Shown here piece by piece: positions 11,701 to 23,613 of a stretch of 64,000 nt of DNA. Origin of the DNA: Bugula neritina (taxonomy: Eukaryota; Animalia; Bryozoa); assembly GCA_964035545.1 (NCBI GenBank), contig OZ037769.1:744001-808000 (forward strand), written 5' to 3'. The notes beneath the pieces are model-generated. The model was not told the origin of the DNA and made no database searches. It saw only the letters and a program-made list of their open reading frames with translations. The position numbers were made by a program, and so were the translations under genes. The stretch's first letter is position 1. Every line of letters starts with the position of its first letter.

Positions 11701-13663
11701 CTCGCAACCCCAAAGAGCTTCTGAGGGTTCGTTCACATACATCTGTGAGTAGAGTAGAGCGCTATTGTGGCCTGGCTGAAGGCTGACACAACCCTGAAAC
11801 AGCATGAGAATAAAATGTTATTATGTAATTATATATTATGTAATATAACACAATATAATTATGAAGCGTAATATAATTCAACACAAGGTTAAGCCAGAAA
11901 AACTACTACACTAAAATACACACTACTATATCGCATAATAAAAATGTTTTACTTGAAGAGTTTATATTTTGTCTATTGTTGAACTGACTACTAGTTCATT
12001 AGAAAGACACACCTTTTGCTGTTCAACCCAATCTACCGCTTCTTTGATGTTGAAGAACAGAACGTGGGCAAACCCTTTGCCACCGGGACCTGAAAACAAT
12101 TTAATAACCTTAGTTTAAGCAGATTATGTCTCCATGACAAAAGACTAATTTCTATTCATTATGTCGAGACATGAAATACGAGTATTGCTAACACACCTCC
12201 TTTTGCTACAAAACGGATATCTTCAAAGTTAACGCCCATATTGTTCAGCCTCCTCGCCAACTGTAAAAGTGTACAATTTCATTTTGTTGTATGAGTATAA
12301 TTCAGGTATAATTTACTAACACAATTATAATCACTTAAACACTTGGAATTTTCAACCTCTCACCAATCTAAATGTAATATGATTTTATTTCTGGATTTAC
12401 ATTTCCTAAAGTTTTATATGTTGCAGATAACTTTAGTGATCAAATAAAACTTAAAAGAACACTAAAATACTAAAATATGTGTGACTTGAACTTTATTAGT
12501 CTAGTACCTGTACTGATAGTAATATTATATTAATACTTACAATAAATTCCACATTATAATACACTTTACAAGTTCAAGTTATACTAAAACTTATAATTAT
12601 ATTTATACATTATAATTATTATTTTAAATATATTTATAAGTTAAACTATAACAGTACAACTATAAAACATAGTTTACAGTTATTGTCATTATTATTATAT
12701 TTAATTTTATAGTGCGCTACCCCTATTCATAGCCATAGTCATACTTAAACACACACTATAGTGATACTAAAAGTAACACTAATACTTATAGCTATATTTC
12801 AGTAACTCAAATTGAAATATTAAATCGCTAAACTTAAAAGACTAACAGTGGCTGTAACTGTAAGAATCAAATGAAAATTGTAGTGTTGAGTTTACCCAGT
12901 GGTCCCTGTAGTGTATTGGTTAGCACACTTGCTTGCAAGCCAGAGGTCTCGGGTTTGATTCCCAGTGGGGGCAATTATTTTTCAAAAATTAAACGTAAAA
13001 CTAAATGTAACTGTGAAAAGTAAAATTTATAATAAAATTATATATAATCATAAATTAAATTCAAAATTAATTAGTCTTACGAGTTAGTGCTACGATAAAT
13101 TGAAATACTAATAGTAATACTAATACTAGTAATACTAATAGTAATACTAATACTAATAGTAATAGACATAGTAACGGTAGCAGCAGACTCAGACTAAGCC
13201 ATTCTCATTCTGAGTTTTAGTTAACTGTTTAGTATGGAAAAGTCCAAATCTTAGTCTAAGAGTAAGAGTAAGTCAAAGTGATGTACGGTTACTGACTAAC
13301 ACCAAACAGTAACTCACAACTGTAAGTGTAACACTAGTGACTAACCGAGTAACTCTAGTCTCTATGACTAAAAATAAAACTAAGTAAAATTTAAAGTCTA
13401 GTATCACTATCAGTATCTTATATCTAAGTTTTACGACTTGCCTCTGAAGTAAAGTCTGATACCTGTCGATACCTGTCGATGTTATTTCCACACTGGACCT
13501 CCCTAGAGGGAAGAAGGGGAGTCTGAGACTCAGACTGGGAGTGAGTCTCACTCTCAGTCAGAGTTCTGACTAAATGACTTACCCGACTTTCATCTATGTC
13601 ATCGGGTAACTCTTTTATAACAACATTTTTTGTCGGATTTTGGTACTGCCATTTGGTCTCCAT
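3753..13663 (-). CDS. RBM5/RBM10-like RNA-binding protein with an unusual C-terminal SGNH-like domain and RS domain (14 coding exons, about 1193 aa)
   Basis: Exons 13663-13583, 12260-12197, 12089-12013, 11793-11701, 11382-11184, 11073-10990, 10706-10347, 10173-10044, 9897-9766, 9611-9479, 7750-7655, 7331-7283, 6979-6903, 5759-3753; all GT-AG and phase-compatible. RRM1 (TKNVVIKELP...KGFAHVLF), RanBP2-type zinc finger (WGCECGALNVDIREACFRC), RG/Pro-rich linker, RRM2 (NTVLLRGLD...GYGFMEF...EVDGKLLLLDYAK), charged coiled coil and an OCRE-like start (GFAYDNETGLY) match the RBM5/10 order. The link to the last exon is inferred from phase. Confidence 0.85.
4760..4885 (-). repeat. Coding 21-bp repeat (7-aa RS heptads)
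   Basis: Variants of gatgacctacttctat..cta encode HRSRSPR/YRSRSPR/HESRSSR/HRSRSSR/DRSRSSQ. Confidence 0.8.
7735..9424. repeat. 44-bp minisatellite, about 38 copies, containing the 3' splice site and first codons of exon 7750-7655
   Basis: Unit gatatcccttctgaacatctacaaatatattctaatcctcacaa (period 44, e.g. 7777 to 7821). The minus strand reads ...tatttgtag|ATGTTCAGAAGGGAT. Confidence 0.95.
10190..10346. repeat. 34-bp intronic repeat, about 4.5 copies, starting at the splice donor
   Basis: Minus-strand unit gtgagtatacagtac(t/c)aatcctaccagctacact begins exactly at the GT at 10346. Confidence 0.85.
12902..12973 (+). pseudogene. tRNA-like pseudogene or tRNA-derived SINE head, antisense in intron 1 of the RBM5/10-like gene
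   Basis: GTCCCTG TA GTGT ATTGGTTA GCAC A CTTGC TTGCAA GCCAG AGGTC TCGGG TTTGATT CCCAG TGGGGGC A. It has an A-box-like TAGTGTATTGG, a degenerate B-box GGTTTGATTCC and a T-run at 12978-12982. The anticodon loop is only 6 nt and the stems are mismatched. Confidence 0.65.
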
Positions 13664-15016
13664 CACAACGAGCTTTTAAGCCTGTGTGTTTGAGTTCCTG
13701 TTTCTCTATCAGTATCACTGTGCAGACCTTGTGGTTATAGCTTATTTTTGCTAAGCGCCATTTTCTAGTCCCTTTATCATGGCCTTGAACTTTATTCATC
13801 CTTGGCTTCCACCTTGACCTTAGGACGAGGGTCACTTGGGTCTTTTTTATGAGGATAGTTTAAATTTTAGGGTTCGGGGATTATCTTCGACCTCCGAACC
13901 AAATAATCTTGGACTCTGATCTAAAATGACCGTTAATCCCTAGAGATGCCGTACTACTAATAATGATTATAATTAAAAATATGTTAAAATGTATATTAAA
14001 TGTAATACTTAAGTTATGTCAGCAATCATGGCAGTATTAGTATGAGTATCATACTGAATCCAACATCGAGTCCCGTCGTCATACTCATAGTCATAGTGAC
14101 TGTGATGAGTGACCTGAAGGTGAAAGTGATACTCATACTCATACTGATACTCATAGTGATAGTCATAGGATAGTGATAGTCATAGTGATGGTCATACTGA
14201 TAGACGATAGTAATTGTAAATGTAATATAGTCATACTGATGTCTAATAGTAATAGTTAGTGATACTGAGTCTGATACTGATAGTCAAACTCAATAGTCAT
14301 ACATAATAATTATATTGATACGCAGTCTCAATCAGTAGATTGATATTCGTAGATGATAGTCCCGTGTCTAAAAAAAGTCATACTCATAGTGATAGTGATA
14401 CTGACAGTGATGCTGATGGTGAGATACTAAGAGTAAGACTAGTCATACTCATACCCATAATAATACTGATGCTCATAGTCATAGTCATACGTTTAGTGGC
14501 TTACACTTACAGTCGCAGTGATTTACATTTTCATACCCATCAAGACGTATACCGTACTCCATAGTGATAGTAATAGTCATAAAGATAGTTATATCAGATA
14601 TATCATGAGTATGTGAAGTTATTAAATAATTAGTACGGACACTCTTGTGAGCTCATTTTAGGTTCATAGTTTATAAGTCTGCAGTAATTGTATATTGGGG
14701 AATACCAATGGTAACATAAGCAATAGTAATAATGATACTATGTTGCTATCACTATAAATATCAAACTTCGTTTGAATTTAGTGTTAGCCATGTCAATGCT
14801 AATATTATTTTCATCAATGATTAATTCTGATATTAACTTTTAATAGTATTATGGTATCATATAGTATTATATTAGATAACATCATCATTGATAATTTTTT
14901 ATCATCAATGATTTTTCAAAACGTAAATACCATCTCCAGTATTGTATATAAAGTTGTCGCCTCTGCCATCTATTTGGGGTTGCCTACCCAGTGATGTTAT
15001 TTGTTTATAGGTAAAC
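13664..15016. promoter_or_regulatory. Probable shared head-to-head promoter region of the RBM5/10-like gene and PLGRKT
   Basis: Divergent start codons at 13663 (-) and 15017 (+). An acceptor ttgtttatag| at 15010 implies an upstream PLGRKT UTR exon. YY1-like CGCCATTTT at 13756-13764. Confidence 0.5.
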
Positions 15017-16069
15017 ATGGGCAGCTTTATGAGCTCAGCTTTAGAGGACAACATGAGGAAACAGCAGGAGTTTATGCTGGCCAATCAAGTGGTAATGTTG
15101 GAGAGAAACATCAATATGCAGAATGCCATGAGGGAGAGAATGATGGCAACTCAGGTAGGCGTCACAACAGTCACAGGCTAGTCACATGCTGGTCACAGGC
15201 TAGTTACATGCTGGTCACAGGCTAGTCACAGGCTATTCACAAGAGTCACAGTAGCAACGAATTAGTACTATTTAGCTCTTCCAATGCAGTTGTATATAAT
15301 GCACTTTCTGTTAGTCTGTAATTATAGCAACTGAATGTTACGCATGCTTATATTGGTCACTTTTCGTATCAGCTTACATTGCTATTGTGTAACACACTTT
15401 CTCACTGGCCTGTTGGTATTAAACAGAGCTTGTGATTGGTGCAGGTTTATGTTGCTAGGTTGCCAGAGCCCGAGACTTGGTGCATTGGACTGGCAGTTTC
15501 TACGGGCTATGTGTCCTTGGACTCGGGACGGCTGCAGTTAAGGGCCATAAGCCTCATTTACTGGCACCTCTCATACCTCTGGGGTTTGTAGTTGGTGAGG
15601 AACTCATGCTAATTCATATACCATAATAAGCCACTTTGACTTTACATCTTTAACAAAATTTCATTTTTTGACCGATCATGAATTGCACTTGACCATTTCA
15701 TACTCTACATAATTTCTGTGTTTTACAAGTTTGTGTTTAAGAGTTGTCTATACCTTGATCATTCACTGATCCGCTTGACTGCACTCATACTCTTGCTGTA
15801 GAATAATAGTATAATGAGGAACTTCAATATTCAAAGTTGTCTACACATTTTAAAATCATCAGATGGTCAGACAACTCCAAATTACTGTTATCGCTGTTGA
15901 AGGTTACCAGTGGGACATGGCGTACAACGGAAAGCTAAAGAGAGTGACTAGAGAGGCAGAGAATATTCTAGAGAGTGAAATGGACTTGCTGAGTATTGCT
16001 AATGGAATGCCAGACTTGGCTGAGATTGAGCGTAGAAGAAAGATGGCGGAAAAAGATTCAACTAAATAA
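15017..16069 (+). CDS. PLGRKT: Plasminogen receptor (KT) homolog, 3 coding exons, 146 aa
   Basis: Exons 15017-15154, 15459-15594, 15903-16069. MGSFMSSALEDNMRKQQEFML...MQNAMRERMMATQVARARD...LAPLIPLGFVVGYQWDMAY...EAENILESE matches the PLGRKT pattern; the protein ends in Lys (DSTK). Confidence 0.92.
15165..15250. repeat. Short imperfect repeat (gtcacaggcta/gtcacatgctg) just after the PLGRKT donor
   Basis: About 7 copies of an 11-bp unit starting about 10 nt after the GT at 15155. Confidence 0.75.
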
Positions 16070-19000
16070 GGAAAATCTGAAGAAATGTTGTATGCCAAAC
16101 CACGAATATCTGCAGTCAGTATTGTTACTGATTTTACTGCTGTTTGTGACAATTAATTTGAGGGGAGTTTTTATCGATTAATATTGATACTTCACTGCAT
16201 TCACTGTTTTACACAGCTACCGAGTTTGACTTTTTACAGTTTTTTTGTTATTATATTATATGTTTGTGGTGTATGTTAGCTGTAGTACTGTATTCATTAA
16301 GGATATCATGGGCCACTGTGTAGTTTATATTTGTTGCCGTTTAGCTGTGATTTAAGTTAGCTACTGTTTAGTCATCACCTAATTAGCCCTGTGAAAGTCT
16401 TTCATACTTGGCTTAAACACTACTCTAGTAAGATATTCTGAATAAATTTATTTGCAAGTTAAATTTCTAGCAATTACTCTAATGTTTTTGCCAGATGCAA
16501 AGTTGAAACGTTTTTTGCATTTTCTTTTGCTTCTGCCAAATATTAAAGTTCAAAATTCACGAGTCATCTATGCCACCGATTCCGCTGAATTTGATGTTTG
16601 CTGCAGTGCGTGGTGGCGCCAATGTGGTGTTTCACTGGAGACAGAGGAATATTGCGCACTTGTGTTAAAACAACGTTTTGGCACATTCAAATACTAAATA
16701 CCACCTGTTGAAACTGAGACCGAGCAGAAAACCCTTTGATCACCCTATTTCCTGACTCCAAGAAATAAGTGCATTCCTTGGTGGTGGTGAAATATTTTGT
16801 GAGTAGAAACTGGTTTTGAACATTGTACTAAACTGGAGGAAGCTAGATTTCCACTTTAGTGTAAAAAGTGCACAAAACATCTCAAAACAGATTAAAATTC
16901 TTCGTCTGATGAATTGTGTTGATAAAAGCAGTGAAATGTTGGTCATTACGGCGGCCATATCATCATCACTAAGCTGCTTGGCATTTAGAAGGACAAATAA
17001 TTGCCTATTTGGCAGAAGATCATGTTTTCAGTGTCATAGCTGTACCTCAGCACGAGTCTCTTTATTAGTTTATCTTCCTAACGTTATGTCCATTTTTTAC
17101 TGGATTGTTGAGATAGTGGAACAGATAATCCTATATTTTGGTTGTTTTCTTTCAGATTGCAGCATATTTTTGCACATAAACATTTATTTAGCCATTATAT
17201 ACTCCTAGTGTCACATTTCATAGCCTTAGTGTCACATTTCCTAGCCTCAGTGATACATTGTCACCCAACATAAACTATTGCACGTTCTCAGCATTGTTTA
17301 TTGGTGCACGAATTTCATCTCCTTTGCAGCAATAACTTGCAGTTGAATTGACCTGTTCCATCTCACAGATTCTCTTACCACTATAAACTGTTGAGAAACT
17401 TAGGTATACGCGTACTCTGTACGCTCTCAATCAAATCACAACAAAGTACTTTTAGCATGATGAGTTTTTAAATAGGGTAGTTATCTGCCGCATAGAAAAT
17501 GTTCACCTTGAGTAAGCGAAATCATTCTAAGAATATTTTCATGTAAGTTAACCAATAAGCTTAAAACTTGAAAGTAGAGTTGATTTGAACACCCATCGTT
17601 GAATACATTTGTTTGTGAGGCTACTGCAATACTATTCCTAGTGGCTTTCAAGGAGTGACCTAGCTATTTCATGACAACGTTACATACTTTCAATCCGCAA
17701 ACAATAGTATTGTGTTTCTCTGTCATCCTCACAATTAGCTGTGGGCGTATCCACACCCTCTGTAAGCCTTTGATCAACTAATTTCGACTATGCAACCGTT
17801 TCCGCTGTTTTTATGCGTAAACTAGAAACATTTAATAACTGGCATAAGCTTACTTCTATAAGGTTGGTGTGAGTCACACATAATGGAGTTCAAGGTTTAT
17901 TTCAAGTTCCACATATCCTCTTCCTTTGACATCACAATGATTGTCAAGTGAGTCACAAAAATCGTAGTGACCTAGAGCAAGGGAAAACAGTTTGAGATTT
18001 AGTTGAGCATCAAACCATTTTTGGTAGTCTTTTGATTTTATATATATACAGTTTTGCAAACTGGAATAAGTATAAGCATTTTGCCATTAAACCTATCTTG
18101 TTTTCCAGTATGTTATTTATTATATCGATATGGATATTATAAACCAATTTATTACATTACAATATATATCAGTCAACTAACAACTGGGTGTAGGGTATAC
18201 CATCACTCAATGTAACTGAAATTCTCCGAATTTAGTCAAAAGACATTCTCAGCCAAAATTATTAATTATTAATATTCAAATATTGATATTCATATGCAAT
18301 AAAGGTAGCAGGCAGCTAAATATAGAAGGGCATATACTCTAGTATGACATGTCTAGACGACCACGCAGTGTAAATTTGCATAAACTAGTTCAAATCTAGA
18401 CCTTTTGCATACCTGCATGGTGTAGGTGTGCCAATGTTATCACTTATTGAACTGCACATGTGCAATCACTGATACCACAGTGCACGATTTAACACGACCT
18501 ACATACGACCTTGTCTATTCAACCTTGACCAACATACTCCTTGCCTGCCAATATTCTTAAACATTTTTGTCACAGACAGAACTTGTCATTACCCCACGCA
18601 GTTCCTGTACCGGCAGAGTTTAGCAGTGACTTTCCTGCTAAAGGTACATGGTATTAAATATTCACATTGACTCCAGTCATTTACGTGTCTAGCTGCCAAG
18701 CGAGTCAGTTTTGTTGGAACTGTTTGTTTTTGCAAAAAAAATTCACAAGGATGTTATTGGAGTGAAGGACATTATCGAGCAAGAATGTGAGATTTGATAA
18801 AAGGTTTTAGACCATGAACTTTTATATAATGGAATCTTATTTAATGAACAAACTATAGCAAATTTCCAATTGTACATTTCTATTAGAATTTTTTCTTAAA
18901 CTCATAAAGAGTTTTTGCTTTCTGTATTTGAGACATAAAGATTTTGGAATTAGGACAAATAGTTTAAGCCACCATCATTACTAATTTCCGAGATACACCT

Positions 19001-22000
19001 AAAATGTACTACTTCTTTGTATGTGGGGGTTACACCTATAGTACCTGCCCAATATTATGAATGCACAATATCTAATTGTTTTTATTACTACGAAACTCAA
19101 TAACAAGTGATGTTTGGGAACTGGAACACCCTCTACATACCTCACTGCAACTAGATACTTATGAGATTACTGTATGATGCAACCCCTGTATTGAATTACG
19201 CAGCAATATCTACATTGTGGTCACTCTAAGACTTTTCAGCCAATCAGAATGAGAGTCACAGAAACTTGTCCTTTGAATGTCACCACACTTTAGAATTCTG
19301 TTGTGAAAGCCTCCTTCATTGCTGGCCAATTTTTATTTTTGTAAACTAATATTCCAAGAAAATTGGTGAAATTCCACTCTGGATTTGACACTGTATTTTT
19401 GACAAACAACAAATTTAGTTCCACGGCTTGAGTGGCGCCAAAGAAGGAAATAAACAAGATGACAGTGATAAGGGTGCGCTCTGAAAATATAAGTTAATGC
19501 ACCAAAGAGCTGTAATACATCCTATAGGTATCATCATTACTGTCAAAAGTTTATTGTTCGACAGCAAGCTGTTAGTATTTGGCCTTAGAGTTTCGAGTTA
19601 ATGCAAGGGGCCAACAATCGCCCCACCTAATTTAGAATGCACCTTAATATAAGTATTTAGACAAACATGACTTTCAATTTTGACCTGCCAAGCTCACACA
19701 TACCCAGAATTTGACATTCAGATCAAAAAGTTAAAGGTCAAAGTTCAACGAGATAACAGGTTCAGAATCTAGTCCTATGAAGTTTAAATAAGCAAAACAC
19801 TGGTAATTCTTTTGACAAGTTTGCTAAATTAAAATCCAAGACTTAATATGTTTCAGCCGGTTTTAATTTTAGATACATCTTTTGATTTTCAGTTCATTCA
19901 CTGCTCAACACATTAGAAAGAGTCACTGCTATGTTGGTCAAGTTGATTTGGAGCTTCTTGGAATCAAATACATTTGGCAGCATTCCACATCTATGTGAAG
20001 TCAGCAACTAGGTACAAAATCTCATAGCAAGTAAATTTCGCAGAAAAGCACTTTCTAGACAAGAAACAGCTTTCAGTTCATTAAACAGTCACTTCAATTA
20101 CAAAACTTCTGCAGCAACTCACTAAAAGTAGATAAAATTGTGTAAATAAAAATTCACACAGTAGTTATTTTGCTCTCATCAACTAAAAGCTATATTTGGA
20201 CATCATAGCTAACCAAAAAGAATTAATTTCTTTTTTCATTTTTTACAAAAGAAGAAATCCCAACTGTATGCATAATTGCAATCCTAAAATATGTCAACCA
20301 TATGGCAAGGCACGTGTACACCACAACATTGTTTTATACCAAGTTTGGGAACTGACTTTAACACTATGTTTATAGAGATCTATATTTTCTAGCGTATCAA
20401 TACCTTACTATGTGAAGGTTTACATTTTCTGGCGTATGAATATTTCATTGGGAGGAAAGTTTCCAACTCAGAGTTAGTCTGCAGTCCAGTCTACTTTATG
20501 CGATATATGAACAGAATTTACCGCAAAAACATTTGCTTTTGGCAACATAACTTATTCTGTCTAGTCAGTAAAATATTCCTAGTCTAAGAATTTGGTCCCA
20601 GACTATTAACCAAGTGGCCCCTGGACTATAATTGCTGCTAAATTGATCACCAGACATTGCACCACGCTCTTTTACACCAGAGATAGGTTAATGGTGAAAC
20701 TATTGGAACGCTACAAGGTATTGTTTTAGATGAAGCAACCATTTATGGATTATTTGTTATGCATTCCGAAGAAAATAGAGTGCCTTCACAAAAACAAAGA
20801 GACTCTTTTGCCTTTCAAGTTGGGCAATTCCACTTTTTCCTAAAATAGCAAACACACCAATCATGCAACTTTTCTGCTACGGTTGAAAGTTTTGGGTAAT
20901 TCATACGCATGCTTGTTTACCTTCAAAAATTTAATTCAGAATAAAATCTGAAGTTGAGAAAATACAAATACTTGTTTGTGATTTTATAGCTACAGCTGCA
21001 AGATGTGCCAACAAAGTTTAAAATTTTATAAACTGATATACTTTTTTTATATAAAATTATAATATCGTATACCATTTTATTTGTTATTATAATATATTAT
21101 TTATTATATTATTACTCCTACCACTATTATATTTCCCAGTATTACTATTAGTGAGTATGTATGATTTTCAAGTGTAATTATTCATACAGATAAAATTATT
21201 AAAATTTTATGCCCAAAATTCATTTATAGCAATAAGCTGGCGATGGCAAATTATTACAAAAAATGATGGCAATATGTTTTCAAAGTTTTCATTAAACTGA
21301 AAAATAAACATGGAAAAAAATTATATTATCCTATAAAATTGCAATTACTTGATTGTAATATATACACAGCACTAAAGTTAAAGAAATGTTAAATATAGGA
21401 TAAATATATTTTAGTGAATAGACATGTAATTATTTAGCTGTTCTGTCACCAATTAAACATTTTTCCACCAACAAATTTGAAAGTTAATTTCAATAACAAA
21501 ATATGCATGTGGATTCAACTCTAATTTCATTATCTTCCATACAGTCCTAGAAACTGCATTTTAATATGCATGACCATCATTTTATTCCTGCTAAATATTT
21601 AGCAGTAGTTCATTGTAATCAAAATAAAATAATATAACTAAAACAAGAAAACTATTGTATTTTGTTACTATATATAATAGTAATTAAACAACTAAAATAA
21701 TAACCAATAAATTAGTAAGCAGTGAATTGTACATTTTAAGCACTTCATTTAATTATGAAAAACACATTGAGATGAATCAAATGAATAGAACTGTATCAAA
21801 AAGCTAACAAAACGTAGCAAAATTCTGGTTCCCTTTTATTGGCCCCCACATAGTTTCTAGATACAAGTGCCTAAGGCTATATATGAAGTAGTTACACTGC
21901 TGTAGCTATTATTACAGACTAATCAAACACCAATCTTTACACCTAAATATAGTTTTCAAACTAAATAACACAACACTTTACAATTAAAAGAGATGTCACC

Positions 22001-22860
22001 AAACAGACAGATTACAAGCACCTGCTCTCATCTGCAAAGACTTGTCAACCCTAAGAATTCTGCATAGTCTACTGTGGCTATCCTCACCAATGTCGCCAGT
22101 AAAGTCAACAAATATGTTTATTTTCTTTGCAGAAAGTGTCAAGATTATTTTAATTTAAGTCACACTTCACCTGCGTGATTTTATTTCTAATTTTATTGCA
22201 ACAAAGGTTTCTGCAAGCCATAGAAAAGACAAAAGCTGCAAGTTGGACCTTGCCAACCCAAGTTTGCTAGTTACTAATAATAGTTCTAGCCAAGTAGTGG
22301 ACAACACTTGGACAGTGGTCATGCATCTTCTAAACGTAACTTCACCACTGAAAGGCTAATTAATCACGGCATCACACCACCTTTTTCTGACTCCTGCTGT
22401 CAAACCTCCACAGCTGCATTTCTCCAAATATGACAAGCTAGCATCGCTTGGGTGTGATAGAGCTTGGTAAACTTCAGAATAAACTTCGTCTTCACCCAAC
22501 TTTTGGCTGGTATTCGGTGCCAGGATTGGCACAGAAATTCTCAGATCCCGTGCATGAATAACTAAGCATTATGCTAATATGATATATAGTAAAATATATT
22601 CAAGTATAAAACGGTGATGTTATTTATTTTACATCTACATATATGTTGAATGAATAATGTTTCATTGAAAATTAATAATATAATAGAATTTGACATACTG
22701 CAACAAATGTATCCTTCAGGGAAATTTGGGAGGAGTTTAAAATGAAAATATACGAAAGTGGGAGGAGCTAATGAAGTTAGTCATAGGCAGAGAATGCTTA
22801 GCAGTGTTGAGACAGGATCTCCAACAGTAAAGGGAGACAACTTCAAGCAGAGGTGAAGCC

Positions 22861-22868
22861 TATAAATA
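22861..22868 (+). promoter_or_regulatory. Candidate TATA box of the sulfotransferase gene
   Basis: TATAAATA 74 nt upstream of the ATG at 22935. Confidence 0.55.
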
Positions 22869-22934
22869 CAGGTTTGGTACCTAAAGTCGCTCAGAGCTAA
22901 CCTGATGAGAGTAGAGAACCTTCTTTAAGCTAAA

Positions 22935-23566
22935 ATGGAACAAATAGCTTCAGCATCCAACTGTGTCATCTACGGTAAATATCCCTGTGTGGATTGGGAC
23001 GAGGAGGAAGAGGTAAAGCACCCTGTGGGGATGGAGAGCTTTGTCATACACCTGCCATACTCTGTCTCCCCTGTAGTCATCCCTGCGCAGGTGGCTGTCA
23101 AGTGGCATGATGATGTCATCCAATCTCTAGAAGATCAGACGATGGCCAAAGGTGACTTTTTACTGGTGTCGGCACCCAAAGCGGGTAAGAAAAAATAAAT
23201 TCTAAATTCATAACTCAGTTTTCTGCTGAATATTATTTTTATAATTGATAACTTTTGCAATTTATTACACAAAAACTGCAGACCTGAAAAAAGTATATAT
23301 TTCTTTGTAAACTCTGCATGTATACATGCATGTTGAAGGTAATAATTAGGCTAAAAAATCTGGCATTATTAATTAAGCTTTATTCATTAATCCAAAATAA
23401 TCTTCTATATTACATTGATGAAGCAAAACAAAAGCTTTAATGGAGACAAAACTCTGTCATTCCTAAAAAATGCTTTTGCCAAAAATCTTATAAACTAACA
23501 TTTCATCTTTAAGTGGCTCTATCACACTCACCACATATAGCACCATATATATCTGAGCTGCTGCTA

Positions 23567-23613
<47 letters not shown>

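Noticed and set aside
16450-17210. Possible decayed transposase fragment (ORFs 16452, 16740, 16816)
   Set aside because: There is only a vague resemblance (VLKQRF), with no catalytic motif or termini; a translated profile search is needed.
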